From the NCBI GenBank assembly GCA_016618085.1, contig JABLTG010000011.1, forward strand, positions 124,001 to 188,000: a stretch of DNA of 64,000 bases, in the 5' to 3' direction. The position numbers and the translations under genes are program-made. This DNA is from Neovahlkampfia damariscottae (taxonomy: Eukaryota). Positions 25,222 through 37,257 of the stretch are shown in pieces; positions within the stretch are counted from its first letter, which is position 1, and each line of letters starts with the position of its first letter. The notes under the pieces were generated by a model. It worked only from the letters and a program-made list of their open reading frames with translations, was not told where the DNA came from and searched no databases.

Positions 25222-27465
25222 TTATTCAAATTGAAATTTCGTTAATAAAGGTAAATGATCAGATGGGAATTCTGAATTTGGTAAACCAATCTCTTTTTTC
25301 ATTTCTTTTTCTTTTGGAATATCTAAAATTGCAATTGGTTTCAATTTTGAAAACCAAATATAATCTAAACAACCAGTAAATGAATCTGTAACATTAGTTG
25401 TAATTGGTTCATCTTTTAAAATATTTTTATATGAACTTTGTAATTTTAGATTATGTTCAAATAACATTGGAATTTGAAATTTCTTTTTAAAAGCAGAAAT
25501 AGCAATATTCATGAATTCTTTTTTATCTAATTTTCCATTTGATAATAATGAATAAACATTTGTATCTGGTGTTGAATTAAAATCACCACAAAATAAAATA
25601 GATGGATTTTTACATTTTTCTTTTAATTTTTGAATTTCATTTAAACAAATTTGAACTTGACAAATTTGAATATGAGGTGAATTAAAATCACAAGAAATAT
25701 GACAACAACAAATTAATAAATCATTATTGGTCATTAAATTTCTCAAATGAATTATTAAACCAACTTGTGGATAACTCTTCATTAAATTCTTTGTTGAATA
25801 ATCATTCAATGAATTCATTAACTCTTTTTGTAATTCAATTTCATATTTTGAAATTAATTCAAATTTTTCTTTTTTCCATAAAATTAAATTACCAATTTCA
25901 TTTCCAATTTTATTTGTTGTTTTTCTTTTATAAAATGAATCATAATTCTTAAATTCTTTTTTAAACCATAAATAATGATTATCTTTATTTGATAATGAAG
26001 ATGATTGTACTTCTTGAAGACAACAAATATCAGGTGAATAAAAATTAATTTCATTTAAAATTAAATTTCTTCTATATTTCCAATTTTGTGATGTTTTTGA
26101 TGTATATTCAAAATTACATAAAAAATCAGCAAGAATATTATATTGCATAATTGTAAATGATTCTTTTTTTAAAATATTTTCAAAATTAATTGAATTAACA
26201 AATTCATTTGAAAGAATAAAATTTCTTAATGGTATTGATTTGTATTCTTTTTTTTGAATAGTTAATTCTTCATCTCTTTCTTTATTTGAGTGTTGACTGG
26301 TTAATTCTTTACTTGAATGTTCAATATCATTATCCATCATCATTTCTTGTTCATTACCCATCATAATTTCTTCATCATTCATCATCATTTTTTGTTCAAC
26401 ATTTTGTTTTTTAATTTGTTTTAAATCTTTTGATATTTCAAAATTTAAATTTCTTTTATTTCTCATTTCTTTTAAAATTGAATTAATTTCATCTTCATTT
26501 TTGAATTCATTCATAATTTTATTTAATTTTTTAAAATTAAAAATAATATTTAAATCAATCATTTGTTCATCATTTTGATTGGATAATTCTCTTAAAAATG
26601 AATCTTTTATCCAATTTTCATTTGAAAAATAATAATTCAATTGTGATATAAATTTCTCTTCTTTTTTTAAAATTCTAATAAATTCTTCTTTTTCAAGAAT
26701 AACATTTTTTGAATATTTTTTAATTGATTTTTTAAATAATTCTTCTCCTTCTTTTTTTAAATAATTTTGTAATAAATTCTTAATTTTTTTAAATGAAAAT
26801 AAAATTGAAATGTGAATTAATCCATTATTCTTTTTTAATTGATCCTTTAAAAATGTATCATTCAATAGATTCTTTGAACTAAAATAATAATCAACTTGTT
26901 GAGCCAATGAAAAATCTAAACTGATTAATCCTATTTTAGCAGGACTAGGATAATATTTAATTTGAATTTTATTGGATCCATAATTATTATATGCTAATAT
27001 TACTTCTTGTTCAGTTAATCTCTTTAATAAATAATTTGACTGAAGAAAGTTATATAATGATACATATTCTCCTTTTTTTAATGTTGATATATTATTTTCA
27101 ATTAATGAAATAATTTGTGAATTTCTTGTTTTCCAAGTAGATTTCTTTTTATTTTCTTCAATCTTTTTTTTATTTTCTTTTATAAATTCATATACTTCGT
27201 TAATGTTTTCTTTTGCTTCATTGTATAAGTTTTGATATTCTAACTTTTTGTTATCATTCAAACTATTATAACATTTTTGTGTAGTTTTAAATTTTTGTTC
27301 AAGAAGACTGGTAAGTATTCCAACTAAAATATTTAGTTTTAAAAGTGCTTTACCTTGTTTGATTTTTGATTCTAATACTGATTCTTTCATTTGTGAAATA
27401 ATTGTATTTAAGTTTGATAAATTTATTTGAAATGTTGTTTCTGTTGGTCGTTGTTCCACCTTCAT
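25222..27465 (-). CDS. Two La motifs fused to a CCR4/Nocturnin/Angel-type EEP nuclease-phosphatase
   Basis: QQVDYYFSSKNLLNDTFL and SQLNYYFSNENWIKDSFL (LAM); YNILA, CLQEV, GDFNS, LDYIW, SDHLP (EEP). Confidence 0.8.
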   Translation of the reverse strand: MKVEQRPTETTFQINLSNLNTIISQMKESVLESKIKQGKALLKLNILVGILTSLLEQKFKTTQKCYNSLNDNKKLEYQNLYNEAKENINEVYEFIKENKKKIEENKKKSTWKTRNSQIISLIENNISTLKKGEYVSLYNFLQSNYLLKRLTEQEVILAYNNYGSNKIQIKYYPSPAKIGLISLDFSLAQQVDYYFSSKNLLNDTFLKDQLKKNNGLIHISILFSFKKIKNLLQNYLKKEGEELFKKSIKKYSKNVILEKEEFIRILKKEEKFISQLNYYFSNENWIKDSFLRELSNQNDEQMIDLNIIFNFKKLNKIMNEFKNEDEINSILKEMRNKRNLNFEISKDLKQIKKQNVEQKMMMNDEEIMMGNEQEMMMDNDIEHSSKELTSQHSNKERDEELTIQKKEYKSIPLRNFILSNEFVNSINFENILKKESFTIMQYNILADFLCNFEYTSKTSQNWKYRRNLILNEINFYSPDICCLQEVQSSSLSNKDNHYLWFKKEFKNYDSFYKRKTTNKIGNEIGNLILWKKEKFELISKYEIELQKELMNSLNDYSTKNLMKSYPQVGLIIHLRNLMTNNDLLICCCHISCDFNSPHIQICQVQICLNEIQKLKEKCKNPSILFCGDFNSTPDTNVYSLLSNGKLDKKEFMNIAISAFKKKFQIPMLFEHNLKLQSSYKNILKDEPITTNVTDSFTGCLDYIWFSKLKPIAILDIPKEKEMKKEIGLPNSEFPSDHLPLLTKFQFE

Positions 27466-27529
27466 CGTTTTGTATTTGTGATTGGTCATGCTGAATCTAA
27501 AAATAAATCTCCAGTTGATGTGACATCAA

Positions 27530-28216
27530 TCACAAAATTGAAGTTTCACTTTTTTTTTGGATTAATTCTTTGAATTTTTCTTCCAAATTGATTGCAACTT
27601 GTTTTGAATTCTTCAAACTGGAATGTCTTGTCGAACATTTTTTTAACGGTTCTTGTAAAATTTTATCCAAAGTACCTTCTTCTTCGTCTTGTTGAAAATG
27701 ACCAGATTTCAAAAAATAAAATAAACCATAAGAAGCAGCGGATAACCAAATTGACCATGTTTTTATTGCATTTGGTGCACGTACAAAAATATTATTCAAC
27801 CAAATTTTTAGGTTGTCAATTAAATAGTCTCCTGTCCTTGATATTTCAGCATCTGAACCTATTCTAGTCGTTGAACGTACTCTCAAAATTCTATAAAAAT
27901 TATAAATATATTTTTTTTTCAAACCCTGTTGTTTGTTTTAAAGGATTTTCTTCTTGAATAAAGCTTCGATAAACTTTCCAACGTGGATCAGGATTTACTG
28001 GTAATTTCAAAGCACTTCTTACATTTTGAATAATTTGATCTTTCACTTTACTCTTTTTTTTTGAAATTAAAAATAAAATGAATCCAATAGAAAATACAGT
28101 GGTCACTTTAGTGGTGAATTAAAATTGATTTTTATACTAATTTTCCAATTCTTTTTGATAAATTTTGTAATATTCTCTTGAGTTAATTTATTATCTCCTT
28201 CAATATTTTCATTCAT
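27530..28216 (-). CDS. Hypothetical protein, multi-exon, structure uncertain
   Basis: Adjacent ORFs with intron-like gaps; ATTGG at ~28244. Confidence 0.4.
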
Positions 28217-28281
28217 TTTCTTCTTCAAAAATCAAACTTTTTTATTGGTCCGACTTGGTCAACCAATAGTCTTTGTCCAAA

Positions 28282-29490
28282 ATGCAAAAGAAAATTTTCA
28301 CCACGGCAAAAAACCAAATTTTTAAAAAGAGTATAAAATTATATTCTTCTGAAATACAAATGGTAAAAAGTGAGCCTATTGTCGGAAATATTCAAAAAGA
28401 AGAAAATAATGAAAATTTAACTTTAGGAGCAGAATACTTGAAAAAGAAATTTGAAACAAAAACACCTTTAACCGAAAGACAAAAAGAAATTAGAAAATAT
28501 TGCACAAAAATGTATCGTTTACAAAAACAAAAAAATGGAGACGGAGCTATTAATGTTTTAGACAATATGAGAATATTAAAAGTTGAAAATGATGAAGCCA
28601 TTTATAATCATGCGATAAATGTTTTAGTTAGAGGTAAAATGATTGATAAAGCAAATGAAATTGCTAAAAAAATGAAAGAAGAAAATTTCAAAATCAACCA
28701 GTCACTTTTAGCTTTTTTAATCAATGGACAAAAATACTCAATACCACCAAAAGAAAAAGAAGCAGAAGAATATTTTAAAGAATTAGAACAAAACTATGGA
28801 TTAACTGAAACAGGTGTTGCTTCTTTAATGAATGTTTATTGTAGGACAAGAAACGAAGAAGGTCTTTTAAAACTCTTTGAAAAAGTAAAAGGATCAGAAT
28901 TACCTTTAAAAGAATCAATTTATGCACCTTTAATTAAATTTTATTCAAATAAAAAACAAGTTGAAAAATGTGAAGAATTATTAGAAGAAATGAAAGAAAA
29001 TATGATACCATTCAGTAGAAACGTTTATTCAATGTTAATTCAATCTTGTAGAATGCCAGAACAAAAAGAGAAATCAATACAATTATTTGAAGAAATGAAA
29101 GATCAAGGAGTTAGAAGAGATGCTATTGTTTATCAAGTTATTATAAAACAAATGATTTTAGCAAAAGATTTTGAATTAGTTTATGAATTTTATGAAAGAA
29201 TGAAAATAGCAAAAGTTAAACCACAAAAACAATTATTATATCATTTATTAGATACATGCGTTAAAGATAATTTAAATGTTACCAAAGCTAGAAGAATTAT
29301 AAAAGAAATGAAATCATTTGGTGGATTTACTAAACATGATGCAAAATCAATTTCTTATATTACTTTAATGAGAGATACAATTAGACAAAGAAAAAGAATA
29401 TTTAAAGAAACAGTTAAACGTTCAATTAGAAAAGAAAAAGAAAGAGTTTTATTAGAAAAGAAACAACAAAAATTAGAAAATAGAAAATAA
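28282..29490 (+). CDS. Pentatricopeptide repeat protein, probably mitochondrial
   Basis: 35-aa repeats (IYNHAI, IYAPLI, VYSMLI, VYQVII); presequence-like N-terminus. Confidence 0.85.
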   Translation: MQKKIFTTAKNQIFKKSIKLYSSEIQMVKSEPIVGNIQKEENNENLTLGAEYLKKKFETKTPLTERQKEIRKYCTKMYRLQKQKNGDGAINVLDNMRILKVENDEAIYNHAINVLVRGKMIDKANEIAKKMKEENFKINQSLLAFLINGQKYSIPPKEKEAEEYFKELEQNYGLTETGVASLMNVYCRTRNEEGLLKLFEKVKGSELPLKESIYAPLIKFYSNKKQVEKCEELLEEMKENMIPFSRNVYSMLIQSCRMPEQKEKSIQLFEEMKDQGVRRDAIVYQVIIKQMILAKDFELVYEFYERMKIAKVKPQKQLLYHLLDTCVKDNLNVTKARRIIKEMKSFGGFTKHDAKSISYITLMRDTIRQRKRIFKETVKRSIRKEKERVLLEKKQQKLENRK

Positions 29491-29502
29491 AATGGTTTTT
29501 CT

Positions 29503-30937
29503 TTATTTTTTTATTTCTTCATCTTTTTCATATTGTGACATAATAACACGATGTGCTCTGAGTCTAATTGAATTGATTTTAATAAATCCTTCTGAATCAA
29601 CTGGATTGAATCCACCTTCAACATCCATTGAACTCAAATCTTGATTATAAAGTGAAGAAGGTGATGCTCTTGAAAGTACATAACAATTTCCTTTATATAA
29701 TTTTAATTCAACCCATCCTGAAATTGCTTCTTGTGATTTTTTTAAAGCTGAATTTAAGAAATCCATTTCAGGACTATACCAGAAACCCTATCATTAATTT
29801 TAAATTTGATTATGTTTTTTTTTTACGTTATAAGCATATTCAGAAAATTTTGGTTGTAATAAATCTCTTAAAAGATGAACTTCTCTGTCCATTGCAATAC
29901 CTTCAATATCAATATGAGCTAATCTTAAAATAGTTGCACCAGGTGCTTCGTAAATACCTCTTGATTTAATACCAACAAAACGATTTTCGACAATATCAAT
30001 ACGTCCAATACCATGTTTTGATCCTAAATCATTAACATAGGCAAATAATTCAAGTGGATCTGTAAATGATTTATCACCATGTTCAACTTTTGAAGGACAA
30101 CCATCAACAAAATGAACTTTGATTATTTCTGGTTTATCAGGTGCTTGTTCTGGATCTACTGTTCTTTTCCAAATATCATTTGGTGGTGCAATAGATGGGT
30201 CTTCTAAAATACCACTTTTTTATAAAGTTAATATTTTTGATTTCGAATACCTTTCATAAGAGAGATGATGAATATTTTCATCAATTGAATATGATTTTTT
30301 TGGTGTTTGATCAACTGGAATTTTCTTTTCTTCAGCATATTTTAATAAATCTGCTCTTCCTTCAAATCTGTTGAAAAATTTAGGGTCTCTCCTTTTTTTG
30401 AAAAAAAATAAGTTTGAAAATTGTTTTTACCATGGTGCAATAACTTTAATATTTTTATCTAAAGCATAGAAACATAATTCAAATCTAACTTGATCATTTC
30501 CTTTTCCTGTTGCTCCATGGCTCACATACTGGCACCCTTCTTGTTTAGCGATACGAATTTGAGCTCTAGCAATACATGGTCTTGCTAAAGATGTTCCCAT
30601 AAGGTATCTATTTTCATAGATTGCATTCCATTGAATACTTGTATTTATTAAAAAATAATGGATTTCTTACGCTGGAAAGATGAATTCGGATACGAACTCT
30701 TTTTTTAAGTCTTCAACAAACATTTTTTTTGCTCCTAATTGGAGAGCTTTTTTTTTTACTTCGTCCCAATCTTCAACTTGACCGACGTCTAGTGAAAAGG
30801 TTAGTTTATTTTTTTAAATTATGTTTACCCGCAGCAAAGCATAAAACTTCATAGCCTTGTTCTTGTAACCAAACCAAAATACATGATGTATCTAAACCAC
30901 CAGAATATGCCAACAAAACTTTTTGTTTTTCACCCAT
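29503..30937 (-). CDS. ASS1: Argininosuccinate synthase
   Basis: [48 protein letters not shown]; multiple short introns. Confidence 0.95.
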
Positions 30938-31007
30938 TTTCACTTACAGAAGAATGTTATTATTGGTCAATAATTTACCCTCTTATTGGTTAATTATCCG
31001 CAAACAA
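30938..31007. promoter_or_regulatory. 70-bp bidirectional promoter between ASS and ASL with two CCAAT boxes
   Basis: ATTGG at 30962 and 30985 between divergent ATGs. Confidence 0.6.
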
Positions 31008-32537
31008 ATGAGTGAACAATCAGAAAAAGAATTTGGTAATTTATGGGGTGGACGTTTTTCAGAAAAGAATGACCCAGTATTTGAAGAATATAATAAATCA
31101 ATTCATTTTGATTGTAAAATGTGCCAAAGTGATTTAGAAGGTGAAAGACTTAAAAAAAACTAAAATTTGAAAAGGAAGCAAAGGTAAAAAAAAAAATAAA
31201 TCTCATGTAAATAGCCTATGCAAAATCAATTTTTAAAGTTGGTATTCTCACTAAAGAAGAATATGAACTTTTAGTAAAAGGTTTAGATCAAATTTCAAAA
31301 GAATGGAGCGAAAATAAATTTGTTGTCAAAAATGATGAAGATATTCACTCTGCAAATGAAAGAAGATTAAATGAAATTATTGGAGAAGTTTCAGGTAAAT
31401 TACATACAGGTAGAAGTCGTAATGATCAAGTTGCTGTTGATATTCGTTTATGGTTAAGAGATGAAGTAAAAGTGATTCAAAAATATTTAAAAGAATTAAT
31501 TTTAATCATAACACAAAGAGCAACAAAAGAAATTGATGTTTTAATGCCAGGTTTTCATTTTTATTTCTTTCTAAAATTATAAATAGGTTACACTCATTTA
31601 CAACGGGCACAACCTATTAGATGGAGTCACTGGTTGTTATCATACGGATTTATGTTTCAAAGGGATTCTGAAAGACTTGATGAATTAGCAAAACGTATAA
31701 ATATTTGTCCTTTAGGTAGTGGAGCGTTAGCTGGAAATCCATTTGGTATTGATAGATTCGCTCTTTCAGAAGATTTAGGTTTTGATGATATTTGTTATAA
31801 TTCATTGGATGGAACAACTGATCGTGATTTCATTGTTGAATTTTTATTCTTTTCTTCATTATTATTAGTTCACATTTCAAAAATTGCTGAAGATTTAATC
31901 ATTTATTCAACAAAAGAATTTGCTTATGTTCAATTAAGTGATGCTTATTCAACTGGATCAAGTTTAATGCCACAAAAGAAAAATCCAGATTCAGCTGAAC
32001 TTTTAAGAGGAAAATCAGGAAGAGCAATTGGAAACTTAACAACATTATTAATTGCAATGAAAGGATTACCTTCAACTTATAATAAAGATATGCAAGAAGA
32101 TAAAGAACCTTTATTTGATTCAGTTTTAACTGTCAATCGTTCATTACAAATTCTTTCAGGTGTTTTAAGTACTTTAAAAATAAATCCAGAAAAAATGAGT
32201 AATGCATTAAGTTATGATATGTTGGCAACTGACTTGGCTGAATATTTAGTTCGTAAAAAAGTTCCATTCAGAGAAACGCATCATGTGGTAATATTTAACA
32301 TTTTTTTGATTAATTTTTTAAAAGGTTGGGGCAATCGTTAAAAAAGCTGAAGAAAAACAATGTAATATTTCAGAACTCACTTTGGAAGAATTTAAATCCT
32401 TTAATGCAGCATTTGATGTTGATGTAAAAGAAGTATGGTCATTTGAAAAAAGTGTAGAGAGTAGAAGTACAATTGGAGGAACAGGAAAATCATCCATTTT
32501 GAAACAAATTGAAGTATTGAACAAAAAAATGGAATAA
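31008..32537 (+). CDS. ASL: Argininosuccinate lyase
   Basis: [28 protein letters not shown]; 9-nt micro-exon at 31175-31183. Confidence 0.95.
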
Positions 32538-32948
32538 ACTTGAACCCACAATTTTTTTTCTTTTTTTGAATTCAAAGCTTTTTCTTTTAAAATTGAAAAA
32601 ATTTGTAGATGCAATTTAAGTTCTTTACACTAGCCAATGTTTTCGTCTTAGGATGAAAAGGATTTGGCAATGAGTGTATTAAGAAAATACGCATCTCAAA
32701 CAAAAGATAAGTTTACAATTAAACTTCAATATTAGAACCTCTGTTCTCATGTTCACAAGGTATTGTTGGTCGAAAACTTATAAAATTTTTAAGATTCATG
32801 CAGTTGAAACCAATTTAACCAATCACAACAATTTTTTTTTTAATTTTGAGAATTAAACAATTGTTGTATGAATTTTCTTCAAGTATTACTTTTCTTCTTT
32901 CAAAAATTACATAAAATACGGATAAACAAGCACAAAACTAATTTTTCT

Positions 32949-33200
32949 ATGGCTAACAATCTGATAGAATTTAATTGTGTAAGAATTTTAACTCTAACAA
33001 TTCTTATTCAAAAGAAACATTGTGAAAATAATACTTATAGTATTGATGAAATTCGAGAAGTTGGAAATTTCATCTCTAAAGTTTTAAATGTACAAAATAG
33101 AAGATTCAAAACAGTTACTTGTTCAAAATGTGGATACACAGAATACTATGAAAGAGAACAATCAATGATTTCAAATTTTTTAGATTTAGTTATAAGATAA
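32949..33200 (+). CDS. DUF2082-like zinc-ribbon protein (prokaryote-type)
   Basis: After removing intron 32979-33014: CKHC...SKVLNVQNRRFKTVTCSKCGYTEYY. Confidence 0.7.
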   Translation: MANNLIEFNCVRILTLTILIQKKHCENNTYSIDEIREVGNFISKVLNVQNRRFKTVTCSKCGYTEYYEREQSMISNFLDLVIR

Positions 33201-33232
33201 AAAGAGTTTGTTTCAAATAAAAATAATTTAAT

Positions 33233-34158
33233 TTAAAGAATAAAAGGAATTAAAGCTTTTCTTCCTTTTGGATAATCTTTAAATTCTTTTTTATAAGCAG
33301 CATGTTTTCCAAGAGCCCAGATTAACATTTGACCACCACCCATTAAAGTAAAAACTAAACTTGAAACACTTTGACACATAACTGTGAACACAGCCCATTG
33401 AATAATTTCAACTAAATAGTTTGGACAACTAACAATTTCAAATAAAAATCCACGTGGAATTTGTCTAATTGATGTTCCAGCTGGTCTTAAGTTTGCAAGC
33501 ATGTAATGACAAATAAAGTTCATAATCATGAGAACAATAATAATTCCTGCACAAATTTGAGCTCTAAATAAATCTGGTGATTTATATTGTGGATGTAAAA
33601 CAAAGTATGCAATGTACCAACCAGTAAATGAATAATATGATGAGTTTTTAAATAAATTGAAAAGTGGCATGGTTGAACGTGAAAATTTATGTAAGAAAAG
33701 TGTTTCTAATTCTCTTTTAATAAAATGAAGAACAAAAATAGCAAAACAAAGACTATTTAAAATGGTAAGTTTAAAAAAAAAACGAACACTTGAACTTCTG
33801 ACAATGGTTTAACTGCTTCTGCACCCCAAATATATGGTCTGAGTAAATAAGTTATTGGGAATGCACTTAAAGGTCCTAAGTATTCAATAAAGTAAACCTA
33901 AAATATTAATGTTGTTTTTCTTACCATTCTCCAACTAATTTGTGGACCTAAATCTTTGAAGACAAGAGTATCAACACCACTTGGAATTTCTTCTTTAATT
34001 CCTTCTGCTTTTTTTCCATCTCTCCAAACATTGAAATATTGTCTACTAACATCTACTTTTCTTTCTTTTTGGAATTTTTCTTTCAAATCTGAAATTTTTC
34101 CAGTAGTTTCAATTTGGCAGAGTTCTTTTCCACTCTTTGACACAATAGTTACTTTCAT
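33233..34158 (-). CDS. TECR: Very-long-chain enoyl-CoA reductase
   Basis: Ubiquitin-like N-terminus, KDLGPQISW, FLHKFSRSTMP, VSCPNY. Confidence 0.9.
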
Positions 34159-34339
34159 TTTTTTTTAGTTGTTGACGAAGAAAAATAGAATATTATTGGT
34201 CAGTTTAAATTAGAAGTGAACGAATATTTTTTTCTTTTTTTTTTTCTTTTTTTTTGAAAAAAATAAAAAAAATCAGTTATTTGTGTCAATAAATTTGATT
34301 GGACTGTCTCATTTTTTGGCAAAATTAACAAAGTCGGGT

Positions 34340-37244
34340 ATGTTGAATTCAAATGTGCAGAGCGACGAAGCAATTAATGATTTAGTTGCAGGTGAAGATA
34401 AATGGACACCTTTTCTCACATCTGTATCAAAGAATTTATTGTAAAACATTTATTTATTTTATTTTATTTTCTAGTTATTCTCGAGCCTTTGCAGAATACG
34501 GTGCTTCTGGTGATTGTGATTTTATAGGATCAACACTTTTAAGTTTAAACACAGTTACAGGTACTCATTTAGAATTAGTCAAAGATCTTATTCATCACGA
34601 GCTCCACAAATGGAAAGGTAAAATCATTCTTGTAAAACTGATAATAAAGATAAACCTGGAAATATATTTAGAGCAAATTCTTTGGCGAGTAAAACAATCG
34701 GACAATATGTGAGTAAGTGATATATTTTATTTATTTTTTTTTTTTAGAACAAGTAGGAAGAGAATATTTGAAATTGGTTTTAAGTGAACCATTAAATGAA
34801 CTTTTAAAAGAAGATATTTCTTTTGAAATTGATAGTGGGTAAAATAAATATAGATTTAATTCTTTTAGTAAACTTCGTGACGTTGAAAACGCTGAAGAAA
34901 TTTGTCAAGAAAATCAAAAAATTTTAAAAAAATGGACGGAAATATTTTTGGATAGAATAACAAATGAAGATATATTGAAAGCAATGCCAGAACAGGTTCG
35001 TTTCATTGGAAATTATATTGCAACAGTAGCAGATTCTCTATCTTTAAATTCAACTGTATTGGTTGGTGGTTTTATATTTTTAAGATTTTTCAATCCTGCT
35101 ATTGCAACACCAGAAGTTTATAATTTAATAGAACCAAAAATTAAAACAAAAAAAGGACAAAGAAATTTAATTTTATTAACCAAAATACTTCAAGTAAAAA
35201 TAAACTACCAATTATAACCTTTTCGCTTTTAGAATATTGCAAATCAAGTAACTTTTGGTCAAAAAGAACAATATATGGGTCCTATGAATGAATTTGTTCA
35301 ATCTAAATTTGAAATAATGACAAATTATTTAGATAGAGTTAAAGATCATATTCCAAAAGAACAAGAAGGTTGATATAATTTTAATGTTTTAATTTTTTTA
35401 GATTCGACAATTAATTATCATAATATTAAACCTTTAAAAGAAAAATCATTAAATTTTGATGAAATTGATGAAAAGATTAAAACTAGATTATATTCCATTA
35501 CTTATGATTTATTACCAAAAATTGTAAAATATATTTTCATATATGGATCACAAAAAAGATATCAAAGTAAGTTTATTTTACTTAATTAAAATATAATTAG
35601 TTCAAGATATATTTAAGAATGTTATTGATTTGTTGGATGTCATTATTTTGATTGGATCACCAATTACAACAAATTCATCATCAACAACAATAAATTCAAT
35701 GAATGTTAAACCAACATTTCAAGAATATTTTGATGAAAGTTTAGTTTCAATTTATGAAAATTTATCACAATTTAATTTTAAATATCAACCAACTAAATCA
35801 TTTTATAAAGGAAATCCAACTAAATCAAAAAAAGAATGTTTTTACTTGAATGTATCAAGATTAAACAAAGAAATGTTTGAAAAAGAAAGAATTGGAATAT
35901 TTTTATATGAATTTTCAAAACAAATGAAAGATAATTTTAATACAAATATTTCATTAGTTTTAGATATGACATTTGTTGGTATACCTTTAAAAGAACGTGA
36001 ACAATTATTATCATATTTAGAAAAAGAAATATTAATATATTTTCCACAAGAGTGATTTTTAATTCTTCTTCTAAACCAATAGACTTTTAAGAAATATACA
36101 AGAATTATATATTATAAATTCAATTTCTGATGATGTTGAAACATTTATTACACAAAAGATTTGTAATTCAATTTTTAAGAATAATAAAAATATGAAAATT
36201 AAATCATTAAAACATTGGCAATTATTAAATGAATATATAAAATTTGAATCTATTGTATTACCAAAAGAAACAACAATGTCACAACCAAAAATATATTCAA
36301 TTCAAATTTCAAATTCAAAAGGAAAATTACAAGATAAATTATTAAAATTAACTTCCAAATCAATTTTAGTGATTGATGAAAAGACCAATTATATTTCATT
36401 TGAAAAATTATTTTCCGATATTGAAGAGATTAGTGCACCACCAAGTAATTTAGAAATACATATGAGATTAGTTCCAGAAGGAAATAAAAAATCAAATTTA
36501 TTTTTTAAAAATGAAAATATTGAAGATTCAAATGAATTTGATGTTAAAAAATTTATTTGTAAATCATTATTAGAAAGAAGTTCAATTTTAGATGAAATAT
36601 TTGAAACTGTAATTTCATCAAAGAATTGTAAAACATTACAAGCATATGAAGTTATAAAAATTAATAAAACTGGAAAAAAACAAGAAAGATTATTTAAATT
36701 AACAAATGATAATATTTTAAATATTGATGGTAGAGTTATTAAAAATGAATTTCCTTATTTTGCAATTGAATTTATAAAATTAGATTCAATCAAAAAAGAT
36801 ACTCTTTTAATTAAAATGTTAAATGAAGAAACAATAAGAGAAATTGTATCATCTCAATCAAATCAAATTATTGAATCAATAAAAGAATCAACTCAAAAAT
36901 GTAAAGAAAGAATTTTAAATTTAAGAGAAAATGAAATTTGTGAATTAATTAACCAATCAAATGATAATGATGAGCATTTAGATCAAGAATTTGGTTATTT
37001 AACAAAAGAAGATTTTGATGCTCTAACTATTGAAGAAGAAGAAGAAGAAAGAAATGAATCAGTTATAGTTGAAACTATTAAACATGATAAAATGATACAT
37101 CCAATAAATAGACAATTAACTGAAAAACAATTATTAATTAGAAAATCATTTTATATTGAATCTGTTACAGATATGATAGATGGTAAACAATTTGATAGTG
37201 ATGATGAATTTGATAGTGAAGATGAAGTTGTCATGGAAATTTAA
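34340..37244 (+). CDS. RasGAP with Sec14-like and PH-like domains (neurofibromin-like core)
   Basis: GGFIFLRFFNPAIATP and ILLTKILQ|NIANQ GAP motifs; downstream LVLDMTF and repeated PH-like segments; many introns. Confidence 0.75.
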
Positions 37245-37257
37245 TAAAAAAGTATAT

